From IMG/VR virus record IMGVR_UViG_3300017913_001487, positions 1 through 25,376 of that record: a stretch of 25,376 nucleotides of DNA, one strand, 5' to 3'. Within the stretch, counting starts at the first letter, position 1. Every line of letters starts with the position of its first letter. The notes under the pieces were generated by a model. That model made no database searches. It was not told the DNA's origin and worked only from the letters and a program-made list of their open reading frames with translations. This DNA is from a virus (Duplodnaviria; Caudoviricetes). The position numbers and the translations under genes are program-made. Below are positions 8,339 through 15,592 of this stretch, piece by piece.

Positions 8339-8755
8339 TCATGTGATCCAAAAGACTTTAATGCGCGTGTGCGCTTCCTCCCTTTGTCGAGCGAATCGTT
8401 TAGAAGCAAAGAGGTACTCAATCTGAACGTCGTCTTTCCAGAAGACGTCGCTAGACGTCATACAGTCGAGTGGGAGTTTGACCAGGTTGTCGATGTCGTG
8501 CCTGGGCGACTCCCTCTTTGTAGTCTTGGGTTTCGAACAGACGAACTCTAAAGCAACGATGAGACGTTCTGTGCCTAGGTAGCGCCAGTTCGGCTTGGCG
8601 TAGTTAAACCAAGTGGCCCAATCTTTTACGTATTGCTGATGACGTTTGCTGTAGTACGTACCGTAGCGACTGACCTTCGGTCGTGACGCGGGTACAGGGT
8701 CTATCGGGACGTATAGTTCTTGTGGTCCCGATAGCCCGTCAAAGTCTAATTGCAT
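8339..8755 (-). CDS. rusA: RusA family Holliday junction resolvase
   Basis: PVPASRP N-terminus; catalytic DIDNLVK..D and WKDDVQI. Confidence 0.85.
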   Translation of the reverse strand: MQLDFDGLSGPQELYVPIDPVPASRPKVSRYGTYYSKRHQQYVKDWATWFNYAKPNWRYLGTERLIVALEFVCSKPKTTKRESPRHDIDNLVKLPLDCMTSSDVFWKDDVQIEYLFASKRFARQREEAHTRIKVFWIT

Positions 8756-9153
8756 AGCTCATCCCGTATCTGACGTAGGTCGTCAGAAGCTTGTTCGGGC
8801 GTTACGTCAAACCACTCGCCGTGCAGACGGACGGAGTGGGTTTGGTCGTAAAACTTGTGAACGATGGTACGGGTGTCTTCTGAGAAGAAGACGAAGTGAA
8901 AGCGATAGTCACAGAACGGATCGCCGCAGTTGTAGTTACGTAACCGATTAACAGGGTTAACCGTTTCGCCAACTTTGCATAATTCCGCGTAACGTGGGTG
9001 ACGTAGCACGTAGACGTAGCCCGGAGACTTAAGGGCTTCTATCTGCGCTTCCTCCTGCTGCGCCTCCCACGCCACGCGAAATGCTTTGCGTTGCGACGGC
9101 GTAAGGTTATTCCTCCAGACAGATTGTGTCATCCCTAACGACTGATAAATCAT
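8746..9153 (-). CDS. T5orf172/MUG113 (GIY-YIG-like) domain protein; start uncertain (frame open to 9258)
   Basis: GYVYVL..KVGET..RL..YN.GDP..GEWF. Confidence 0.8.
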   Translation of the reverse strand: MIYQSLGMTQSVWRNNLTPSQRKAFRVAWEAQQEEAQIEALKSPGYVYVLRHPRYAELCKVGETVNPVNRLRNYNCGDPFCDYRFHFVFFSEDTRTIVHKFYDQTHSVRLHGEWFDVTPEQASDDLRQIRDELCN

Positions 9154-9190
9154 CGTATCTCTGCGATGACGCTCTCTGCGACCTTGGTTA

Positions 9191-9700
9191 CTAGAAAACC
9201 TCTTCTTCGCTTGTTGTTTGGCCGACTGTAAATCCATCTTCTGGCCCTCCGAAGTCATCTGTGCCTGTAGCGCGTTTCTCGATGAGACGTACGCCGTTGA
9301 GATACAACGTCACACCTTTCTGCGGACCCACGTTGTAGGCCTTTGCAGAGCCGGCAACGCGGATTAGATCGCCGCCGTAGATCTTGACGTCGTCAGGTAG
9401 ACGATTACCGCCGGAGTCCTGCATAGGTGGCTTAGACTTGGATTTAAACTTCACTTTGATCCCGCCATCTTCCAAGTTGCGTAGGGGCGACTTGTAGTCC
9501 TTGGGATCAGCGTTAGGCCATTCAGCTTGTGCTGCTTGATTGATGGCTTCCTGCAGCGCCTTGAGGGTTTCCGTTTCATCTTGTTGAAGAATCGCGGTGA
9601 CCTCGTAGGCGTTGCTAGGGTAGGCCGATGTTGTGTCTGGTTTATCGAGCGACGGGTAAGCCGCCGAAAACGCAGAAGTTACGAACTTGACGTATGCCAT
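9191..9700 (-). CDS. Single-stranded DNA-binding protein (T7 gp2.5-like)
   Basis: AYPSLDKPD, KFKSK, IYGG, GVTLYLNGVRLIE; acidic tail ending in Phe (EEEVF); AGGAGG before ATG 9700. Confidence 0.88.
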   Translation of the reverse strand: MAYVKFVTSAFSAAYPSLDKPDTTSAYPSNAYEVTAILQQDETETLKALQEAINQAAQAEWPNADPKDYKSPLRNLEDGGIKVKFKSKSKPPMQDSGGNRLPDDVKIYGGDLIRVAGSAKAYNVGPQKGVTLYLNGVRLIEKRATGTDDFGGPEDGFTVGQTTSEEEVF

Positions 9701-9726
9701 TTTTCCTCCTGGTGGGCTTTTGGTCA

Positions 9727-9746
9727 TACGGTCAACGTTTCAGTCA
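9727..9746 (-). promoter_or_regulatory. Putative phage RNAP promoter, copy 2 (TGACTGAAACGTTGACCGTA)
   Basis: Identical to 12712-12731; directly upstream of ssb, as T7 phi2.5 is. Confidence 0.72.
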
Positions 9747-10070
9747 CACACCTGCGACTGGTTCGTCAGACAACCCGTTTTCGTCGACAGGGTCGTTGTA
9801 GTCCATGTCAGTGATCTCTTCGGGCTCAGACGGCTTGGTAGCAACTGAGTCGAGTAGCTTGGTGACTTCATACTTGACGTCGTAGGCGGGGTCACCGTCA
9901 GCCGGGTTGTAGACTGCACGACAGATCATACGGCCGGCCTTATCAAACGCTATGTCGCCGCGCTTCATTGAGTCTGGATCGACCGTAGTGATGACTGTGC
10001 ACTTTCTATCTACGTGAAAGAAAATACCTACGTGCTTACCGCCTTTAGCTGTTTGTTTAATAGTCTTCAT
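9744..10070 (-). CDS. Hypothetical protein with acidic C-terminus
   Basis: AGGAG RBS before ATG 10070; lies between RNAP and SSB. Confidence 0.75.
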   Translation of the reverse strand: MKTIKQTAKGGKHVGIFFHVDRKCTVITTVDPDSMKRGDIAFDKAGRMICRAVYNPADGDPAYDVKYEVTKLLDSVATKPSEPEEITDMDYNDPVDENGLSDEPVAGV

Positions 10071-10094
10071 TATCGACAACTCCTGTAGTTGTAG

Positions 10095-12566
10095 TTACGA
10101 AAAAAAGTAGGTGGCATTGATGAGCTCGTTCGCTACATCAAGGTCGCCTTGCTTCGGTGGGTCGCTTAGGTGTGCATCGTCTGGTAGCACAGCGACCTGT
10201 AGTGGATGAAAGTGTTCGGCAATCCAGTTGCCGCTAAAGAGCTCTACACCGACCTCACGGATGATTTGATTTAGTCTGCCAAGGTGACACGCATGGACAG
10301 CGTAAGAGTCGTGTACAAAGGCCATCTCAGTGATGCCTTCAGCGGCGAGACGGTTAGCAACCATCCGACACATCGTGGCATCGAGTGAGTGGACTATGTT
10401 AGGCGCCGCAGCGCCGGCCATCTTAGAAGGTTGGATTTTGTCTGTTGGACGACGTAGTCGACGCATCCAGTTATCGAAGGTCCGTACCGGGGTGTCCTTT
10501 AGCACCACATACTTCTGTTCGACCAGGCACCCGTCAGGTGTCTTCCACGTGAGACTACGTTGTTGTTTCGCTAGGACCGTAGCGACCTCACGGAAGTAGT
10601 CCATGATCTTTACGGCTTCAACAACAACAGCAACCCTTGCTTCAACTATCCAATCACGCATGTAACCCGCCAACTTGTGACGGGCTTGTATTGGCGTGAG
10701 GCCTTCAAACTCACTGGTATCAGGCACCGGTAGCCCGTCGCAGTGACGATCGGCTACTAATTGCTCCCTTATACCTTCACGCGTTACGCCGTAGGCGGTC
10801 GTCATGACCGCTCGTTTAACGACCTTGCGCGCTTTGTTTTCGTGGGCCATGACCGTATTCCATGTCGAGGCGATCGCCTTCAGTTCCCCAGAGGACGTGT
10901 CGTCCGACAATATGGAAGAGATTATTGACTGCACGGATCGAGCGACCTCGATGTAGAGGTCTTTCCTTGTCGGCGCAGACGTGCAGTTCGTCTTCTCCGC
11001 ACCGACCAAATCCTTTCCCAAGAGAGACAAAATCTGTAATCCGTTACACGTACCGTCGACAGCGATCGGTATATGACTAATAAAGGACGTAGGGTCCGAT
11101 GAGCGTAGGGCGCGCATCAGTTCCATAGCGACCGCATAAAACGAAGCGGGTTCGTCCGCTTGGGCGCACAGTCGCAGGGCGACCGTATCGTCGTCGAAGT
11201 TGACGATCTCGTCTTCGAGGTCTTCGATAAAACGCATACGCTCAACGAGAGACAGCTTGTCCTTACCGAAACAGTTAGCCGCGTGGATCTTAAGCGCGTT
11301 GAGGCCGTTCTCACCTAGCGGTGTACCGTTATAAAAACGAATCAGTGCCTTACTGATATCGTCGCCCTGGTTGGTGAGCATTTGGTTTGACGGATAGAGT
11401 CGCCCTCTAAAGTCAAAGCTGTGCGGTTGCCAGAAGGGCTGACCCATGAGCTCTTGGGCGTGAAGCATCTGTCGACGGAAGGTGATTGCCTTAGAGTTTT
11501 GTGAGACGTAGCGAGCGCTTTCGTCTTGGAACTCCTGTCGAGCGGCTGCTTGCTCTTTCTCTTGTAAGGTCTCCCACAATTCCTTTGGTAGCCGTTGAGG
11601 CTTCTGTAAAGGTATCTGAGGCGCAAGTTGCGGGTTGCGCAACAAGAAATTGTAGACCTCTTCATTGATGTCCCATGCGGTTCGCTGGATTGTGTTGAGC
11701 GCCGCAATCGCGTCTTTGGACGGTGTCAGCTTATGAGGGTGCCACTCTGTTCTATATATAGAGTGGTGAACCATGTAGTAGCCACCTTCGAGACGTCCGG
11801 TCTCTTCATTAATAGACCAGTCACGTGGCGGTACCCGCATAGGCTTTTTGACGGGTGACGTTGCGGCCGCTAGGGCGTGTAGTGATTCGACGTCATCGAG
11901 GAAGTCGTCTGTCCAATAGACAACCTGCGATTCCGCTTTGCCGCGACTACCTGTTTGGCGCAACTCAATCACGTTAGGGTGCGTGATCATGAAAGAGTCG
12001 ATAAGGACAGCGCCTAGGCTTAAGCAAACCTTTTTACGCTCCCACATCTCCTCCATCTCTAGTGATTCTTTGAGACGTTTTTCTAAATTGGTGATGAAGC
12101 GCTTGTGTTGAACCTTAGAGGACAGCACGTGAGCGTTTCGCTTGAGGAAACGAGTCGCAAACTTTTTGTCCGCAGAGACCCAGCGTTCGAATCGTATCTG
12201 ATTAGTGAAGGCGACACCCATCGCAATCGCGACCTGTTGGTATGTTGGCGCCTTAGAGCCGGATAGTTGTTGCATTAGTGACGTCACGACTGTGATGGCG
12301 CCCTGTAGCGGATCGGCCATCGGTATCATGCGTTGCCAATCTTGCTTTTGGCCCGGCTGTAATAGTTTAGCTTCGGCTGCTTCTTGTCGAGATTTGATTG
12401 CTTCTGCCAGTGGGTGTGCAAGATCAAACAACAAACGCTGTCCAATCTTAGTGTCTTGCAAATCGAGTTTCTCAATGCTCTCCATGTATGCCTGTTCAGC
12501 TTCGCTATACATCTTAGCTTCCCAAAGGCATTCGACTAACTCGAAGTTATTGGTGTCAGTACTCAT
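10095..12566 (-). CDS. Single-subunit (T7-like) DNA-directed RNA polymerase
   Basis: DFRGRLY, motif A VDGTCNGLQ, motif B RKVVKRAVMTTAYG, PNIVHSLDA, motif C VHDS, C-terminal YFFS. Confidence 0.98.
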   Translation of the reverse strand: MSTDTNNFELVECLWEAKMYSEAEQAYMESIEKLDLQDTKIGQRLLFDLAHPLAEAIKSRQEAAEAKLLQPGQKQDWQRMIPMADPLQGAITVVTSLMQQLSGSKAPTYQQVAIAMGVAFTNQIRFERWVSADKKFATRFLKRNAHVLSSKVQHKRFITNLEKRLKESLEMEEMWERKKVCLSLGAVLIDSFMITHPNVIELRQTGSRGKAESQVVYWTDDFLDDVESLHALAAATSPVKKPMRVPPRDWSINEETGRLEGGYYMVHHSIYRTEWHPHKLTPSKDAIAALNTIQRTAWDINEEVYNFLLRNPQLAPQIPLQKPQRLPKELWETLQEKEQAAARQEFQDESARYVSQNSKAITFRRQMLHAQELMGQPFWQPHSFDFRGRLYPSNQMLTNQGDDISKALIRFYNGTPLGENGLNALKIHAANCFGKDKLSLVERMRFIEDLEDEIVNFDDDTVALRLCAQADEPASFYAVAMELMRALRSSDPTSFISHIPIAVDGTCNGLQILSLLGKDLVGAEKTNCTSAPTRKDLYIEVARSVQSIISSILSDDTSSGELKAIASTWNTVMAHENKARKVVKRAVMTTAYGVTREGIREQLVADRHCDGLPVPDTSEFEGLTPIQARHKLAGYMRDWIVEARVAVVVEAVKIMDYFREVATVLAKQQRSLTWKTPDGCLVEQKYVVLKDTPVRTFDNWMRRLRRPTDKIQPSKMAGAAAPNIVHSLDATMCRMVANRLAAEGITEMAFVHDSYAVHACHLGRLNQIIREVGVELFSGNWIAEHFHPLQVAVLPDDAHLSDPPKQGDLDVANELINATYFFS

Positions 12567-12584
12567 AAACAGTAACCCCCTGCG

Positions 12585-12692
12585 CTACTTCTACTTCTAC
12601 TTCTACTTATTGTTGATGTTGGTTGATGTTGAAAGCAGTCCTTACGTACTCACAGTACCGTCTAGTACTGTACAGTTACCTCCTTAAGTAAC
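12585..12692. repeat. Repeat/hairpin cluster: (CTACTT)x4, (GTTGATGTTG)x2 and two stem-loops; candidate origin or structured leader
   Basis: Repeats at 12585-12608 and 12612-12631; ACAGTAC/GTACTGT 12652-12671; GTTAC/GTAAC 12675-12692. Confidence 0.7.
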
Positions 12693-12711
12693 CTTTTGGC
12701 AGACTTCTTCT

Positions 12712-12731
12712 TACGGTCAACGTTTCAGTCA
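12712..12731 (-). promoter_or_regulatory. Putative phage RNAP promoter, copy 1, upstream of the RNAP gene
   Basis: 20/20 identity to 9727-9746. Confidence 0.7.
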
Positions 12732-12775
12732 ACGGCTGTATCCAAACATCCTGTAGCGCTTCTGCACAACCCCCT

Positions 12776-12915
12776 TGTTACAAAAAAAATACATCAAGCG
12801 ACTACGGTGTCGTTTTATGCGGCAGGTGGGCTGTCACAATTTCACGAATGTGACAAAACTGATTTATTTTATTTAAGACTCTCTATAGCACGTTGTGATA
12901 TCTGCATTTGTGACA
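12776..12915. promoter_or_regulatory. Divergent RNAP/repressor control region with operator-like sites
   Basis: TGTCACA-N10-TGTGACA (12832-12855), further TGTKAYA heptamers, TGCAGATATC-N8-CTATAGAG on minus strand (12881-12906), AT-rich. Confidence 0.65.
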
Positions 12916-12958
12916 TAACATTATGGCATCGCGCTGCTGCGGGGAGGAAGCTGTAGCC

Positions 12959-13297
12959 ATGAATGTCGAAAAGAAAACGAACGGTAATCGAGTTACCAAA
13001 ACGACCCAAGAAAGACGAAAGCGTCTTGGGTCAATTATAAAAGACCAGAGGTCTGCACAAGGACTCACACAAGCCCAGTTTGCTCAACTAGTCGGTCAAG
13101 AATATTTCACTATGATCAGTCAGGTTGAGCAGGGTCACGTACGAGTCCCTCCACACGACACTGAACTATGGGCGCGTATTCTAGGCGTCGACACAAAGGC
13201 GTTTGCTCAAGAGTGCGTTAAGGCGTACGAGAGCCTTGAGTACTACAACGCTATCTTCGGCCACAACGCTGAAGGGCCACTTACTGGTAAAAAGTAA
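12959..13297 (+). CDS. XRE-family HTH transcriptional regulator, probable immunity repressor
   Basis: LGSIIKDQRSAQGLTQAQFAQLVG..ISQVEQG..ARILGVD; GGAGG upstream of ATG 12959; divergent from RNAP, next to attP/int. Confidence 0.85.
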   Translation: MNVEKKTNGNRVTKTTQERRKRLGSIIKDQRSAQGLTQAQFAQLVGQEYFTMISQVEQGHVRVPPHDTELWARILGVDTKAFAQECVKAYESLEYYNAIFGHNAEGPLTGKK

Positions 13298-13303
13298 GTA
13301 AAC

Positions 13304-13528
13304 GGTCACAGATTGGTCACACGGGTCTGTAACTTATTGTTTTTACAATTAGTTCAATTCCGGCCCCGGGGACCACTGCCTCAATAGCATTTAATAGCGT
13401 TAAATACCAAACTGTATATAAAACAGTAGCTTATGGATTTACGCTTCTCTCCTTAAATACTTTTTAGTAGTCTTAAATACGCCGTTCCAGTATCAAGTGG
13501 TCACAAAATGGTCACAGAAATGGTCACA
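13304..13528 (+). other. attP: tRNA 3'-end core (13352-13375) flanked by arm-type GGTCACA repeats
   Basis: GTTCAATTCCGGCCCCGGGGACCA reads as T-loop, T-stem, acceptor strand, A73 and CCA; GGTCACA at 13304, 13315, 13499, 13510, 13522; IHF-like TAACTTATTGTTT 13330-13342. Confidence 0.88.
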
Positions 13529-13547
13529 AGTCGGCAGGAGGAAAAAC

Positions 13548-14522
13548 ATGTCAGGGACAGTTGTAAAGCGAGGCGACCGCTTCCTAGCTAGGGTGCGAGT
13601 AAACGGACAGCGTTTGAACAAGACGCACAACACAAAGCGTGACGCGAAACAGTGGATCGCCCAGGTATTAGCAAACCCAGAGGCGCCCGGTAGCGAGCAC
13701 ACTTTAAACGATTTAGCACAGCGCTATCTTCGTGAGTACATACCAAAAATGCGGTCGCCGCGGACACCGACAAATCGCATAACCTACTACCAGCGCACAC
13801 ACCCCGATCTGTTTGCAAAGAAGCTGCACGAGGTCACTAGAGAGGATCTCGAAGACCTGATCGACGAGCGGCTAACTATAGTAAAAAGCAGTAGTGTGAA
13901 CCGTGACCTCAATGTGCTCAGTTCTATGTTCGCCCAGGGCCGAAGATGGCGCATGATGACCAATGAGCCATTCAAAGATTTACGCCGTCCCAGCGACCCG
14001 CCTCCACGAGATCGTAGAGTAACTGAGGAAGAGATTGAGCTCATCCTGGTAGCGTTGGATTACTCGCCTGACTACGCGCCGACAGAGGTTCGTATGAGGG
14101 TCGCTGTGGCATTTCTGTTTGCCATAGAGACAGCTATGAGACTTGGTGAGTTGTGTCAGATTCGACGCGAGCATGTGTATGACAAGTACGTACACCTACC
14201 AGCCAACACAACAAAAACAAATGTAGCTAGAAACGTTCCGTTAAGCGGTGAGGCTCGTAAGCTGATCAAGCGACTAGATGGTGTCACCGGCGAGTTACTG
14301 TTTGACCTTGACCGTGACAGCGCCAGTAAACTTTTTTCAAAAGGCGTAAAAAAAGCGGGTGTCGAGAACCTTACGTTCCACGATACCCGCCATGAAGCGA
14401 CAACCCGGTTAGCCCAAAAGTTGCCTGTGCTGGACCTAGCACGGGTAACAGGCCATCGTGACTTGAAGCAACTGATGACCTATTACAATAAAGATGCGAG
14501 AGAGCTCGCCGACCTCCTATGA
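13548..14522 (+). CDS. int: Tyrosine integrase
   Basis: ETAMRLGEL (R), TKT (K), FHDTRH (HxxR), TGH, TYY (Y); AGGAGG before ATG 13548. Confidence 0.96.
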   Translation: MSGTVVKRGDRFLARVRVNGQRLNKTHNTKRDAKQWIAQVLANPEAPGSEHTLNDLAQRYLREYIPKMRSPRTPTNRITYYQRTHPDLFAKKLHEVTREDLEDLIDERLTIVKSSSVNRDLNVLSSMFAQGRRWRMMTNEPFKDLRRPSDPPPRDRRVTEEEIELILVALDYSPDYAPTEVRMRVAVAFLFAIETAMRLGELCQIRREHVYDKYVHLPANTTKTNVARNVPLSGEARKLIKRLDGVTGELLFDLDRDSASKLFSKGVKKAGVENLTFHDTRHEATTRLAQKLPVLDLARVTGHRDLKQLMTYYNKDARELADLL

Positions 14523-14720
14523 GTTACAAGCCCACTCAATGACTTCCCGCGCTATCCAGCGCCGCCCGTTCACACGGGCTTTTGGGAAGTTGTGTTTCTT
14601 AGACACGTAGTCAACGAAACGTTTACGACTAAACCCTAAATACTCCGCACAGGCCGAAGCGTCCCACAGGATGTGTTCATCTTTGACCTGACGAGCGACA
14701 GCTTCACTCAACTGCATCAC
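14517..14720 (-). CDS. Excisionase / AlpA-like winged-HTH protein
   Basis: CAEYLGFS..FPKA..RRWIAREVIEW; convergent on int with overlapping ends. Confidence 0.8.
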   Translation of the reverse strand: MMQLSEAVARQVKDEHILWDASACAEYLGFSRKRFVDYVSKKHNFPKARVNGRRWIAREVIEWACNS

Positions 14721-14907
14721 TAGCTCCCCCTACATACAATCGCAAATGCGCGGCAACAGATCGGTAGATATAGAGCGGTATGTCTCTTCTACCTGACTTC
14801 CAAGCACAATATGAGCCGGTGTAGTTCACCCCCAGAAGGCGAGCCGCCGCGACAGGCCCACCTACGAAGCCCTCAAGAGCCTCTAACTTTTCTACCGCAT
14901 CAACCAA
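14704..14907 (-). CDS. Small HTH DNA-binding protein (Cro-like)
   Basis: AAARLLGV..WKSGRRDIP pattern. Confidence 0.7.
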   Translation of the reverse strand: MVDAVEKLEALEGFVGGPVAAARLLGVNYTGSYCAWKSGRRDIPLYIYRSVAAHLRLYVGGASDAVE

Positions 14908-15112
14908 AATTTACTCCTTCTGGTTTCCAGTTCTCGTAAATTTGTTTCGCCTGTTTACCCATACCCTGCTCTTGTAACGACAACATGCACTCTCTAATCA
15001 AATTGATCTGCTCGTTTCCCTTTTTCCAAACCCTTTGGTCATCAGAAAATGAGTAGTACCAATCATGAGCAGCGCATAAATCTCTCAGATGATCTAACGT
15101 GAATACAGACAT
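14900..15112 (-). CDS. Hypothetical phage protein (HDWYYSFSDD motif)
   Basis: Strong GGAGGAGG RBS; first gene of the xis operon. Confidence 0.75.
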   Translation of the reverse strand: MSVFTLDHLRDLCAAHDWYYSFSDDQRVWKKGNEQINLIRECMLSLQEQGMGKQAKQIYENWKPEGVNFG

Positions 15113-15125
15113 GATTCCTCCTCCA

Positions 15126-15173
15126 ATAGATATGTCTATCGGTGATTGTTATATAGGAGTTTACTATAGTCAA
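15126..15173 (-). promoter_or_regulatory. Candidate promoter/operator for the xis operon
   Basis: TTGACT -35-like hexamer; degenerate TATATA-N8-CGATAG site (15136-15155); ATAGA-N4-TCTAT dyad (15126-15139). Confidence 0.45.
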
Positions 15174-15592
15174 TCGGGACACATGATTTCTGCTAGTCTA
15201 ATTGCTCTTCCTTTGACCTGACCTGCCCACTTTGACGACAGCATCTGCTTCTTAGCTTCTTGCATGTCGCCATCGAGGATGGCCTGTCGTAGTAGCTTGA
15301 AGCTACGAAGGCGGTGTGATCCTAAGTTAAACGCCATGTTTATGAGCACGGCTTGTCGCTCTGGCGACAATGAGTCGAACTCGACTTCCCCCAGGTACTT
15401 TCGAGCATCGTCGTAGGCAGACTGTAAGTCTGTCTTTAGCATCACCTCAGCTTCTGCTTCAGTGATACCGTTGATGCCTATAGCCCTGCCGTAGCCAATT
15501 GTGAGCACGTCTGCTGTGCAGTGGTACGGCATGAGTGAAAGGCCTTCATCGACCTTTATCTGTTCGGTCGCTATTTCTATTGCTTCTACCAT
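15170..15592 (-). CDS. Lysozyme (GH24, T4-like endolysin)
   Basis: DEG...Y.C...LTIGYG, NMAFNLG, SKWAGQVKGRA. Confidence 0.92.
   Translation of the reverse strand: MVEAIEIATEQIKVDEGLSLMPYHCTADVLTIGYGRAIGINGITEAEAEVMLKTDLQSAYDDARKYLGEVEFDSLSPERQAVLINMAFNLGSHRLRSFKLLRQAILDGDMQEAKKQMLSSKWAGQVKGRAIRLAEIMCPD

Noticed and set aside
12831-12915. Pho box or CRP site
   Set aside because: Half-sites are present but lack the 11-bp direct-repeat or TGTGA-N6-TCACA geometry
12205-12956. + strand ORFs 12205-12687 and 12696-12956
   Set aside because: Antisense to RNAP or spanning the regulatory region; the YFYFYF run comes from the CTACTT repeat
13352-13375. tRNA gene
   Set aside because: Only the 3' 24 nt are present, with no D or anticodon arm; it is the att core
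13411-13427. LexA-box-like dyad ACTGTATATAAAACAGT upstream of int
   Set aside because: Spacing is CTG-N9-CAG, one base short of the CTG-N10-CAG gammaproteobacterial SOS box; may bind something else
13497-13547. N-terminal extension of integrase (MVTKWSQKWSQ)
   Set aside because: It is the translation of the arm-site repeats; the AGGAGG RBS points to ATG 13548
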